Positions 27,922 to 36,165 of a DNA stretch of 64,000 bases are shown here, piece by piece (the first letter of the stretch is position 1; each line of letters opens with the position of its first letter). The notes below the pieces were generated by a model. It was given only the letters and a program-made list of their open reading frames with translations. It was not told the origin of the DNA and made no database searches. Both the position numbers and the translations under genes were made by a program. This DNA is from an uncultured Solibacteraceae bacterium (lineage in GTDB: Bacteria; Acidobacteriota; Terriglobia; Bryobacterales; Bryobacteraceae): NCBI GenBank assembly GCA_964427655.1, contig CAYRWE010000002.1:1464-65463 (forward strand). The letters are read 5' to 3'.

Positions 27922-28361
27922 TTATCGCCGATCTTGCGCAGATTGCCGGCCGCACTTACCCGGCCCGCCGCCGCACGCAGAACCTGGTGGGTGGATCGAG
28001 CCCCATCCAGGCGGCCAACTTCGCCATCGGCTACGTAACCCTGGAGCCGGATGGCGGCCAGGTGCCATGGCACAACCAGGAGCAGGAAGAGGTCTACTTC
28101 ATTGTCGAGGGATCGGGCGAAATGTGTCTGGGCGAGGAACGCGTCACACTGCGCGCCGGCCAGGCCGCCTACATCCCGCCGCGCGTCTTCCACCAGTTGA
28201 CCAACACCGGCGCGGGACCCATGCGCATGATCTACTGCTACGGACCGGCTGGCGACGTGGCTCACTGGCGCCAGGAGCTGGATGGAACGCTGCCGGGCGC
28301 GGGCATCGAGGCTCCCCCGCTTCCCCCCGGCGCACGGCCGCAATCGACGGAGAAGCCATGA
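27918..28361 (+). CDS. Cupin-domain protein
   Basis: G.VPWHNQEQEEVYFIVEGSGEM...AAYIPPRVFHQLTN, the cupin motifs 1 and 2. ATGA overlaps with both neighbouring genes. Confidence 0.75.
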   Translation: MIIADLAQIAGRTYPARRRTQNLVGGSSPIQAANFAIGYVTLEPDGGQVPWHNQEQEEVYFIVEGSGEMCLGEERVTLRAGQAAYIPPRVFHQLTNTGAGPMRMIYCYGPAGDVAHWRQELDGTLPGAGIEAPPLPPGARPQSTEKP

Positions 28362-29518
28362 GCCAGCCCACCGTGCATTCCATCGGGATCGCGATGAATG
28401 GCGTGACCGGACGCATGGGGCTGAACCAGCACCTGCGCCGCTCCATCCTGGCGATCGTGGAGCAAGGTGGCGTCCGCCTGAGCTCCGAGGAGACCATCGT
28501 GCCGCGCCCGCTGCTGGTGGGCCGCAACGCCGCCAAGCTGGCAGCCATCGCCGCCGAATCCGGCGGGCTGCCCTGGACCACGGATCTGGATGCCGCGCTG
28601 TCCGACCCCGCCTATCCCATCTACTTCGACGCCCAGGCCACCGCCCTGCGCCCCTCCGCCGTGAGCCGTGCCATCGCCGCCCGCAAGCACGTCTATTGCG
28701 AAAAGCCGGTCGCCGAAACTCTGGAGTGCGCCCTCGATCTGTGCCGCCTGGCTGCCCGCGCCGGCATCAAGCACGGCGTGGTGCAGGACAAGCTCTGGCT
28801 GCCCGGCCTGCTCAAGCTTCAGGCCCTCCGGAGCCAGGGTTTCTTCGGGCGCATTCTCTCCATCCGCGGCGAGTTCGGCTATTGGGTCTTCGAAGGCGAT
28901 ACCGTTCCCGCGCAGCGCCCCTCCTGGAATTACCGCCGGGAAGAGGGCGGCGGCATTATCCTCGACATGCTCTGCCACTGGCGCTACGTCCTGGACAACC
29001 TGTTCGGCGCTGTGCAGGCCGTTTCATGCCTGGGCGCGACCCACATTCCGCGCCGCTGGGACGAAGCCGGCCAGCCCTACGACTGCACCGCGGACGATTC
29101 CGCCTACGCCACCTTCCAGCTTGCCGGCGGCGCCGTGGCCCACTTCAACTCCTCGTGGTGCGTCCGCGTCCGCCGCGACGACCTGCTCACCCTGCAAGTG
29201 GACGGCACCCAAGGCAGCGCGGTGGCTGGCCTGCGGGAATGCTGGATCCAACCTTACGCCGCGACACCGCGGCCCGTGTGGAACCCGGATGTCCCGAGCG
29301 CACTCGACTATCGGGATGGCTGGCAGCGAGTCCCCGAGCAGGAAATGTACGACAACGCCTTCAAATGCCAATGGGAGCTTTTCCTGCGCCACGTAGTGAA
29401 GGACGAACCGTTCCGATGGGGCCTGATGGAGGGTGCCAAGGGCGTGCAATTGGCCGAGGCGGGCCTGGAATCCTGGAGGAAAAGGGCTTGGGTGGACGTA
29501 CCGGGGTTGGAGATGTAG
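28358..29518 (+). CDS. Gfo/Idh/MocA-family oxidoreductase
   Basis: N-terminal Rossmann IGIAMNGVTGRMG, EKP motif (VYCEKPVA), C-terminal alpha/beta domain. Confidence 0.8.
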   Translation: MSQPTVHSIGIAMNGVTGRMGLNQHLRRSILAIVEQGGVRLSSEETIVPRPLLVGRNAAKLAAIAAESGGLPWTTDLDAALSDPAYPIYFDAQATALRPSAVSRAIAARKHVYCEKPVAETLECALDLCRLAARAGIKHGVVQDKLWLPGLLKLQALRSQGFFGRILSIRGEFGYWVFEGDTVPAQRPSWNYRREEGGGIILDMLCHWRYVLDNLFGAVQAVSCLGATHIPRRWDEAGQPYDCTADDSAYATFQLAGGAVAHFNSSWCVRVRRDDLLTLQVDGTQGSAVAGLRECWIQPYAATPRPVWNPDVPSALDYRDGWQRVPEQEMYDNAFKCQWELFLRHVVKDEPFRWGLMEGAKGVQLAEAGLESWRKRAWVDVPGLEM

Positions 29519-29685
29519 GGCGGGGCGAGGCTTGTAACTCTACGGAGAACGTAGTCACGAACTAGAAGTCTGGCTCAACTATCTGTCAAGGGGTAATTCT
29601 CAAAAAGACCATACGTGTTTTCAATAGCATGCATCCCACAAACACTTCACAGGAGAACGCGAGAAAGTGGGTTTAGAATCCCGGA

Positions 29686-30336
29686 TTGGAGGCCTTTTCA
29701 GCGATGCGTTCTACCGGAGCCAAAGCGCTCGTTGCCACGATAATAAGCAGAAGGAAGATCCGCGATCTGATTGAGAATTGGAACCACGAGGATCACGGCG
29801 TACTCAACAGGTTCCTCTGTCTCGACTCGTCGGAGCCAGATTACGAGAGGAAGTTGAGCAAAAAGCTCACACAGAAGAAATGTCGGATGGGCATGGAACC
29901 CGAGGATATAGTCAAGTTATTTCGTTTTCAGCAGGAGCAGTGCGCAATCTGCCGGAAAACTCGGCGGGACCTCAAGTCCAAGGACGGTAAGCCCTGGGTT
30001 ATCGACCACCCTGCCGGCGGCGAATGCCTGCCAGCTCGTGGTATTCTCTGCCAACACTGCAACCGGGCGTTAGGAGCGTTCGGTGACGACGTTGGCAGAC
30101 TTCAGCGAGCGATAGAGTACCTGAAGGACCCCACCGCCCAGAAATGCCCCGGAATCGAGCCGGGGCCTGTTCCTTATGAAACCGGGCGAAAAGGGGAACG
30201 GGAGATACCGCCGGACAAAGGACGCAGGATCATCACCCGCTTGGAAGAAGGTATTCCTGAACGAAAGATCGCGGAACAGGAAGGTGTGGAAGTGCACCAA
30301 GTCCAGAAGATCAAACGAGGATACATCGCTCGCTAG
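29686..30336 (+). CDS. Endonuclease VII-like (Endonuclease_7 / HNH-related) protein with a C-terminal HTH-like tail
   Basis: QCAIC-x19-VIDHPAGGECLPARGILCQHCNRALGAFGDD..RL..AIEYL matches the T4 endo VII CxxC...DH...RG.LC..CN..LG.F pattern. The tail IPERKIAEQEGVEVHQVQKIKRG looks like an HTH. Start is TTG 29686 or ATG 29704. Confidence 0.65.
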   Translation: MEAFSAMRSTGAKALVATIISRRKIRDLIENWNHEDHGVLNRFLCLDSSEPDYERKLSKKLTQKKCRMGMEPEDIVKLFRFQQEQCAICRKTRRDLKSKDGKPWVIDHPAGGECLPARGILCQHCNRALGAFGDDVGRLQRAIEYLKDPTAQKCPGIEPGPVPYETGRKGEREIPPDKGRRIITRLEEGIPERKIAEQEGVEVHQVQKIKRGYIAR

Positions 30337-30344
30337 AAGAGCGC

Positions 30345-30377
30345 AACTCACAAAGAACTCACAAAGAACTCACACCA
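30345..30377. repeat. Three tandem 11-mers AACTCACAAAG / AACTCACAAAG / AACTCACACCA
   Basis: Read directly from the sequence; starts 9 nt after the endonuclease VII stop. Confidence 0.85.
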
Positions 30378-30414
30378 AAAAACGCCGGGAAAGCGATGGC
30401 AGTCAAAACGGCAT

Positions 30415-30513
30415 GGTGAAAGCGGTGATGGTGAAAGCGTTGAAAGCTGTGACATGAAAGCGGTGACGACAAAAGCGGTGACAGACAAAAGCGGTGACAC
30501 AAAAGCGGTGACA
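30415..30513. repeat. Iteron-like array: seven copies of the core AAAGCGGTGA
   Basis: Core starts at 30419, 30434 (AAAGCGTTGA), 30443 (AAAGCTGTGA), 30457, 30472, 30488 and 30502. The 16-mer GACAAAAGCGGTGACA is perfectly tandem at 30468-30483 and 30484-30499. Confidence 0.85.
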
Positions 30514-30658
30514 GGCGGAACGTAACCCGGAACTTAGGCGGATATATGCCCTTGAGTCGCGCCTCGATCCTCTCCCGTCACTTGCCTGTATACGCGTGCT
30601 GGAAGCGGTCTCGTTGCACCTTGAAGACGCCACGGCGAATGCTCGTGTGATGCAGACG

Positions 30659-30684
30659 GTGCCATTGCGGTACGGCACTATACT
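30659..30684 (+). promoter_or_regulatory. Inverted repeat GTGCC-N10-GGCAC abutting a TATACT -10-like box 7 nt before the hicB ATG
   Basis: GTGCC 30659-30663, GGCAC 30674-30678, TATACT 30679-30684, ATG 30691. No Shine-Dalgarno sequence lies between them and there is no good -35. Confidence 0.3.
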
Positions 30685-30690
30685 GTAAAT

Positions 30691-30894
30691 ATGACATTCA
30701 GGGTGGTTCTGGAACGCGATCCCGAGACCGGCGATTACTCTGCCGTGTGCCCGGAGCTCCCCGGCTGCGCCTCGGCGGGCGAAACCGAGGCTGAGGCTAG
30801 AGCGAATATCCGGGAGGCCATAGAGCTTTACCTGAAGCCAGGTGATATCGACCTGCCTGAAGACGCCAAGCTCTTCGAGGTGACGGTTGGGTGA
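30691..30894 (+). CDS. hicB: HicB-family (UPF0150) antitoxin, short form
   Basis: FRVVLERDPETGDYSAVCPELPGCASAGETEAEARANIREAIELYL is the HicB_N signature. At 67 aa it has no appended DNA-binding domain. Confidence 0.8.
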   Translation: MTFRVVLERDPETGDYSAVCPELPGCASAGETEAEARANIREAIELYLKPGDIDLPEDAKLFEVTVG

Positions 30895-31114
30895 GCGGGG
30901 GACGCCCAGGCTCACCTCAGACCAGGTGATCGCAGTCCTTAGCCATCACGGCTTTCTGCGGATCGGCGCTTCCGGAAGCCACCAGAAGTGGCGGCATTCG
31001 CTCACCGGCAAGCAGGTCATTGTCGCCCATCACCGGGGCCGCGTACTTCCGCTCGGTACCATGAGGGCGATCATCGAGGGCAGCGGAATCGCGCCTTCGG
31101 AATGGTTAAGATGA
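30887..31114 (+). CDS. hicA: HicA-family mRNA interferase toxin
   Basis: VIAVLSHHGFLRIGASGSHQKWRH...VIVAHHRGRVLPLGTMRAII is the YcfA/HicA pattern. TTG start overlapping the hicB end by 8 nt. Confidence 0.75.
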   Translation: MGERGTPRLTSDQVIAVLSHHGFLRIGASGSHQKWRHSLTGKQVIVAHHRGRVLPLGTMRAIIEGSGIAPSEWLR

Positions 31115-31153
31115 ACGCCTCCGAGCAGCCCTCCTCCGACACCCTGCCGGTCC

Positions 31154-31804
31154 CTACGCGCTCCGGCGTAATTTCTTCCCGGCAATGCCCAGACCCGCGA
31201 GCGCCAGCCCTGTCAGCATGGAGGTCGTCGGCTCCGGCGTGGACGTAGTGGTGCTAACGTCCAGCTTGTTCAACAGCGTCTCGCAATCCGTCCCGGCGAT
31301 GACATCGACATATTTGTAACTGGCCGCGCTCGAGACTAACGTGTCGAGATTGCTGTCGCTGCCCGATTGAAGCAGGTTACTCCCCAGCATTCCCGAGTTG
31401 TTAGAACCGTAGATGCGCCACCCGTCGACGATGTCCGTCATCTGGAACTGGATAGTCGCGGTCTTCAGGTTTGGAACCTGCGAGAAGTCCAGTTGCACGA
31501 ACTCGTTGATAGGAATCTCGTACGCCTTATTGGAACTGTAGTAATCGTTGGCGAGGCCCAAGCCCGTATTGCCAACGGTGGTGTTGTCATAGAGACCCGT
31601 AGGCGTGTTCGCGCTGGTCGTGCTGGTGCCGCTAAACCCAGAGGCGGTGATGCCGATGCCGTTGTTCGTGTAGGTATAGACATCGCCCGGAGCGCTGCCC
31701 GCCGGGCTTGTAAAGGTGAAAGTTGCCGAGACCGAATTCGCCCATGCCTGTGGCATAGCCATGGCGGTCACTAATAGAGCTGCTGCTGCGATATGTCTGT
31801 TCAT
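31154..31804 (-). CDS. PEP-CTERM sorting-domain secreted protein
   Basis: Signal peptide MNRHIAAAALLVTAMAMPQAWA. The C-terminus TPEPTTSMLTGLALAGLGIAGKKLRRSA is PEP + TM + basic tail. Confidence 0.8.
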   Translation of the reverse strand: MNRHIAAAALLVTAMAMPQAWANSVSATFTFTSPAGSAPGDVYTYTNNGIGITASGFSGTSTTSANTPTGLYDNTTVGNTGLGLANDYYSSNKAYEIPINEFVQLDFSQVPNLKTATIQFQMTDIVDGWRIYGSNNSGMLGSNLLQSGSDSNLDTLVSSAASYKYVDVIAGTDCETLLNKLDVSTTTSTPEPTTSMLTGLALAGLGIAGKKLRRSA

Positions 31805-32178
31805 TGGCTTTCTCGCTCGATGCAGAACCAGTTTCTGCCGCTTTCCCGCGGCGGCCTCTCATCAAGCAGCCTATGCCGGAGGGCACTGGTTTTTCACGTC
31901 CTACGCGTACCGGTTGGGTACGGTCCTATGGGCAGTTAGGACCGGGAGTACTTTTGCGAAAAAGCTCCTGCTGAGGGCGCCGAGGGGTGTGCAACTGGGG
32001 GTATGCGATTAGCCGAGGAAGGGCTGCAATCGTGGAGGAGAGAGATTGCCACATCGCGTGGCCAAGGTAGCAGCGCCGCGCCGGTTAATCTCCGAGGGCC
32101 TCAATCCCGGCGCGAACATTCGTTTTCGCACATCGGACAACGGTCTGCTCGTTCCAAGTGAAAGGAGATCACCCATTT

Positions 32179-32760
32179 ATGAATTTCGCGCTTGCAAGGA
32201 ACTGGTGGTCGCTGGTCGCCCGTGGCGTCCTGGGCATTTTGCTGGGAGTCGTCGCATTCGTCTGGCCGGGAGTCACTATCGGCGCGCTGGTCTTGCTGTT
32301 TGGTGCGTATGCGCTCATTGACGGCGTCGTGAGCCTGGCGGGCGCATTGAGGGCGGCAGAGGCACACGAGCGATGGGGGGCGCTGCTGCTGGAAGGCATC
32401 ATGGGCGTCCTGGCCGCGGCAGCAACCATCCTTTGGCCGGCCATCACCACGCTGGTGCTGGTCTATATCATAGCGGCGTGGGCCATTATCACCGGGGTTG
32501 CGGAGATCGCCGCGGCCATTCGCCTGAGGCGGCACGTCGCGGGTGAGTGGCTGCTCGGGCTGGCGGGAGTGGTGTCGGTAGTTTTTGGATTGTTGATCGC
32601 CGCCGTGCCCGTGGCCGGCGCGCTGGCCATTGCCTTCTGGTTCGGGGCCTATGCGTTCATTTTCGGGATCGTGCTGCTTACGCTCGGATTCCGTCTGCGC
32701 AGATGGAAACACGGCGTCGCGGGATCGTCCTCCTTTCCTATGCCGGTCAGTCAATCCTGA
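32179..32760 (+). CDS. HdeD-family (DUF308) membrane protein
   Basis: NWWSLVARGVLGILLGVVAFVWPG.T...LLFGAYALIDGV repeated-TM pattern. ATG 32179 has AAGGAG 10 nt upstream. Confidence 0.8.
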   Translation: MNFALARNWWSLVARGVLGILLGVVAFVWPGVTIGALVLLFGAYALIDGVVSLAGALRAAEAHERWGALLLEGIMGVLAAAATILWPAITTLVLVYIIAAWAIITGVAEIAAAIRLRRHVAGEWLLGLAGVVSVVFGLLIAAVPVAGALAIAFWFGAYAFIFGIVLLTLGFRLRRWKHGVAGSSSFPMPVSQS

Positions 32761-32944
32761 GAACCGGTGCTCAGGCCCTTTCCGCACACTCCGCCGTGAC
32801 AAGTCGCGAACGGTTCGCCCGCGAACATTCCATTCGGAGGCCTCCGGCTAAACTGATCGCATGAAGAGACCGGGCGCGGCGAGGTGCCGGGTATCGGACC
32901 CGGATCTTAGGGTGTCCCTTCGCACGTAGGCTCAGGCATGCGAT

Positions 32945-33319
32945 ATGGATGCTATCTGGCCCCTGGCGGTTTACTTCGTTGTGGTGGTTGGCTTAGTCGT
33001 AGCCATGCTGGCGCTTTCGTACGTCCTGGGACAGCGCCATCGCGAGCCCGCGACGGGCGAGTTTTATGAGGGCGGCATCAAGTCGGAAGGTAGCGCGCAT
33101 GTGCGACTTTCGGCGCGCTTCTATCTTGTCGCCATGTTCTTCGTGATTTTCGACCTGGAAGCGGTATTCGTGTTCGCCTGGGCGGTGGCCGCCCGCGAGC
33201 TCGGCTGGCCGGGATATTGGGAAATCGCAGTCTTTATTGGTTTGCTCGTGGTCGCGCTGGCGTATCTTTGGAGACTTGGCGCGCTGGATTGGTCGGCGAC
33301 CAGGAGTCGCACGCGGTAA
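32945..33319 (+). CDS. nuoA: NADH-quinone oxidoreductase subunit A
   Basis: 3 TM segments, YE.G....G.A..R...RFYLVA..F.IFDLE..F; first gene of the nuo operon. Confidence 0.9.
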   Translation: MDAIWPLAVYFVVVVGLVVAMLALSYVLGQRHREPATGEFYEGGIKSEGSAHVRLSARFYLVAMFFVIFDLEAVFVFAWAVAARELGWPGYWEIAVFIGLLVVALAYLWRLGALDWSATRSRTR

Positions 33320-33321
33320 TT

Positions 33322-33951
33322 ATGAACTGGTGGGCGGAGAGACCGAACGTAACACCCACGCGAACCGTGGAGGAGGAAAACGTCCGCCACAGCGTCGTTC
33401 TGACTAAGTTACAAGACCTGCTTTCCTGGGGCCGCAAGAACTCCATGTGGCCATTCAATTTCGGCCTCTCCTGCTGCTATGTGGAAATGGCCACAAGCCT
33501 GACCAGTAAGTGGGATCTGGCACGCTTCGGGGCCGAAGTGATTCGCGCAACGCCGCGCGAAGCCGATTTACTCGTGATCGCGGGCACCGTCTTTCTCAAG
33601 ATGGCGCCGGTGATCAAGCAGCTCTATGAACAGATGATGGAGCCGCGCTGGGTAATATCGATGGGCTCCTGCGCTAACTCGGGCGGTATGTTCGACGTGT
33701 ACAGCGTCGTACAAGGAGTGGATTCCTTCCTGCCGGTAGACGTTTACGTGCAGGGCTGTCCGCCTCGTCCGGATACGTTGATGGAAGGGCTGCTGCTGCT
33801 CCGGGACGCGGTGGGCAGCGAGAAGCGGCCGCTGAGCTGGGTGGTGGGGCCGCAAGGTATCGTGCGCCCACCGACGCCGTCTCTCAGGGACCGAAAGCGG
33901 CACCAGAATACTTCGCTCACTGTGCTGCGCAGCCCGGACGAGGCGGAATGA
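33322..33951 (+). CDS. nuoB: NADH-quinone oxidoreductase subunit B
   Basis: [21 protein letters not shown]...[10 protein letters not shown]...[13 protein letters not shown] (N2 cluster cysteines). Start at ATG 33322. Confidence 0.95.
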   Translation: MNWWAERPNVTPTRTVEEENVRHSVVLTKLQDLLSWGRKNSMWPFNFGLSCCYVEMATSLTSKWDLARFGAEVIRATPREADLLVIAGTVFLKMAPVIKQLYEQMMEPRWVISMGSCANSGGMFDVYSVVQGVDSFLPVDVYVQGCPPRPDTLMEGLLLLRDAVGSEKRPLSWVVGPQGIVRPPTPSLRDRKRHQNTSLTVLRSPDEAE

Positions 33952-35696
33952 CCGCGGTTCTCGTCCCGTCCGTTCTCGACCGGGTGGAGGAGCGGTTCCC
34001 CGGTCTGACTGCGCAGCCGACGCTGGATGCGATTCCCACAGTGTGGGTGCCGGCCGCCATGGCGCGCGATCTGCTCCGCTACCTCAAGCACGACATCGAG
34101 CGCCCCTACCGCTTCCTGTACGATTTAAGCGCCATCGACGAGAGGTTGCGGCGCAATCGCGAGGGCCAGCCGCCGGCGGACTTCACGGTGGTCTACCACG
34201 TCTTCTCCTATGAGCGAAACGAATTCTTCCGCGTGAAGACGGCGCTAATTGGCGAGCATCCCTCGCTTCCCAGCATCACCGACATTTGGCCCATGGCCAA
34301 TTGGTACGAGCGCGAAGTCTGGGACATGTTCGGCATCCGTTTCGAGAACCATCCGCACCTCGAGCGCATTCTGATGCCGCGCTGGTGGAAAGGCCATCCG
34401 CTGCGCAAGGAGCACCCCTCGCGCGCCACCGAAATGGGTCCGTTCACGCTGCCCGATGAAGAGATGCAGCGCGAACAGGAGGAGCTTCGCTTCAAGCCCG
34501 AAGAGTGGGGCATGGCGCCGGGCACCGCCGACACGGATTTCATGTTCCTGAACGTCGGCCCGCAGCATCCCGGCACGCACGGCGTGCTGCGTATCGCGCT
34601 GCAACTCGACGGCGAAACCATCGTCGATTGCGTCCCCGACATCGGCTACCACCATCGCGCGAAGGAAAAGATGGCGGAGCGCCAGACCTGGCACACCTTT
34701 ATTCCCTACACGGACCGCGTGGATTACCTCGGCGGCGTAGTGAACGAAATGGCCTACCTGAGCGCGGTCGAAAAGATGGCTGGCATCGACGTGCCGCCGC
34801 GCGCCCAGGTAATCCGCGTGATGCTGATGGAAGTTTTCCGTATCATGAGCCACCTGGTGTGGTACGGCACCTTCTCGCAGGATTTGGGGCAGCTCTCGCC
34901 GGTCTTCTTCACCTTCAACGACCGCGAGGTCGGCTACAAGATCATCGAAGCGGTCACCGGTTTTCGTATGCATCCCGGCTGGTTTCGCATGGGCGGCACC
35001 GCGCTCGACCTGCCCAACGGCTGGGACCGCCTGGTTCGCGAATTTCTCGATTACATGCCCAAGCGCCTGGCCGAGTACGACCGCGAGATCATGCGCAACG
35101 GCATTTTCCGCGCGCGTACCATAGGCGTGGGCGCGTGCACCGCGGAGCAGGCCACCGAATGGGGAATCACCGGCCCCAATCTGCGCGCCACCGGTTTCGA
35201 GTGGGATTTCCGCAAGAAACAGCCCTATTCCGGCTACGAGCAGTTCGAATTCGACGTGCCGACCTCTAAACGCGGTGACTGTTACGGACGCGCCGAGGTG
35301 CGCGTAGAGGAGATGCGCCAGAGCCTGCGCATTATCGAGCAGTGTCTGAAGAATATGCCGGGCGGGTCGTGGAAATCGGAGCATCCGCTGGCCACTCCGC
35401 CGCTCAAGCCGCGTACCATGCAGGATATCGAAACGCTGATCACGCATTTCCTGGGAGTCAGTTGGGGCCCCGTGATACCGCCCTGCGAGGTGCTCGGCAA
35501 TATCGAGGCCACCAAGGGCGCCAACGGCTATTACCTGATCAGCGACGGCAGCACGGTGGCGTATCGTACACGCATCCGCACGCCTTCGTTCGCGCACATG
35601 CAGATGCTGCCGAAGTTAGTCAACGGCGCGATGGTTTCGGATCTCCTGGCAGTGCTGGGAGCCATGGACTTCGTACTGGCGGACGTGGATCGCTGA
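33948..35696 (+). CDS. nuoCD: NADH-quinone oxidoreductase fused subunit C/D
   Basis: 582 aa. The N-terminal 30-kDa subunit pattern ([14 protein letters not shown]) is fused to the 49-kDa subunit ([14 protein letters not shown]...). Confidence 0.95.
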   Translation: MTAVLVPSVLDRVEERFPGLTAQPTLDAIPTVWVPAAMARDLLRYLKHDIERPYRFLYDLSAIDERLRRNREGQPPADFTVVYHVFSYERNEFFRVKTALIGEHPSLPSITDIWPMANWYEREVWDMFGIRFENHPHLERILMPRWWKGHPLRKEHPSRATEMGPFTLPDEEMQREQEELRFKPEEWGMAPGTADTDFMFLNVGPQHPGTHGVLRIALQLDGETIVDCVPDIGYHHRAKEKMAERQTWHTFIPYTDRVDYLGGVVNEMAYLSAVEKMAGIDVPPRAQVIRVMLMEVFRIMSHLVWYGTFSQDLGQLSPVFFTFNDREVGYKIIEAVTGFRMHPGWFRMGGTALDLPNGWDRLVREFLDYMPKRLAEYDREIMRNGIFRARTIGVGACTAEQATEWGITGPNLRATGFEWDFRKKQPYSGYEQFEFDVPTSKRGDCYGRAEVRVEEMRQSLRIIEQCLKNMPGGSWKSEHPLATPPLKPRTMQDIETLITHFLGVSWGPVIPPCEVLGNIEATKGANGYYLISDGSTVAYRTRIRTPSFAHMQMLPKLVNGAMVSDLLAVLGAMDFVLADVDR

Positions 35697-35700
35697 CCTT

Positions 35701-36165
35701 ATGCTGACGCCCGAAGAGAGACAGAAGATCGAGGCCGAGATGGCGCACTACCCGGCCAAACAGGCCGTGTGCATCGACGCCATGAAGATCGTGCAGAAGC
35801 GGCGCGGCTGGCTTTCGGATGAGAGCCTGCGGGATATCGCCGACGTGCTGGGAATGACCGTAGCCGAACTGGATGGCGTCGCCTCGTTCTATAACCTGCT
35901 GCTACGCAAGCCCGTGGGGCGGCACGTGATCTGGATCTGCGACAGCGTGAGCTGCTGGATCATGGGTTACGACCGGCAGCGTTCGGCCCTCGAAAAGCGC
36001 CTGGGCATCGGCCTCGGCCAGACCACCCCCGACGACCGCTTCACGCTGCTGCCGATCGTCTGTCTGGGCTGCTGCGACCGCGCGCCGGCCATGCTGATCG
36101 ACGAAGATCTGCATCCCGATCTGACGCCCGAGCGCATCGACGCCATTCTGGAGCGCTACAAGTGA
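35701..36165 (+). CDS. nuoE: NADH-quinone oxidoreductase subunit E
   Basis: 24-kDa subunit 2Fe-2S cysteines (ICDSVSCW...CLGCCD.AP). Confidence 0.95.
   Translation: MLTPEERQKIEAEMAHYPAKQAVCIDAMKIVQKRRGWLSDESLRDIADVLGMTVAELDGVASFYNLLLRKPVGRHVIWICDSVSCWIMGYDRQRSALEKRLGIGLGQTTPDDRFTLLPIVCLGCCDRAPAMLIDEDLHPDLTPERIDAILERYK

Noticed and set aside
30415-30513. Possible CRISPR array
   Set aside because: The repeat period is only 9-16 nt with no unique spacers, and no cas genes are in the window. I treat it as an iteron-like tandem repeat instead.
30403-30915. 170-aa minus-strand ORF spanning the repeat array and hicB
   Set aside because: Its C-terminus is just the repeat translated (…HRFCVTAFVCHRFCRHRFHVTAF…). 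The rest is antisense to the well-supported hicB.
31805-31960. Sigma-54 (-24/-12) promoter upstream of the PEP-CTERM gene
   Set aside because: I scanned the minus strand by eye for TGGCAC-N5-TTGC. Only mis-spaced GG/GC pairs were found.
29519-32157. Flanking direct repeats (att sites) for the islet
   Set aside because: The longest shared string I could find by eye between the two flanks was 8 nt (AATCCCGG), which is not significant. A computed repeat search is needed.
32835-32846. 12-nt perfect palindrome CGGAGGCCTCCG and nearby CCGGGT-N5-ACCCGG hairpin upstream of nuoA
   Set aside because: Short GC-rich palindromes are expected by chance in ~70% GC DNA. There is no recurrence or positional logic I could tie to a promoter.
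34245-35597. 450-aa minus-strand ORF (with similar ones at 38401-39906, 37072-38202 and 39885-41135)
   Set aside because: These are antisense to nuoCD, nuoG and nuoH, whose cofactor motifs are unambiguous. They are high-GC shadow frames with no recognisable motifs.
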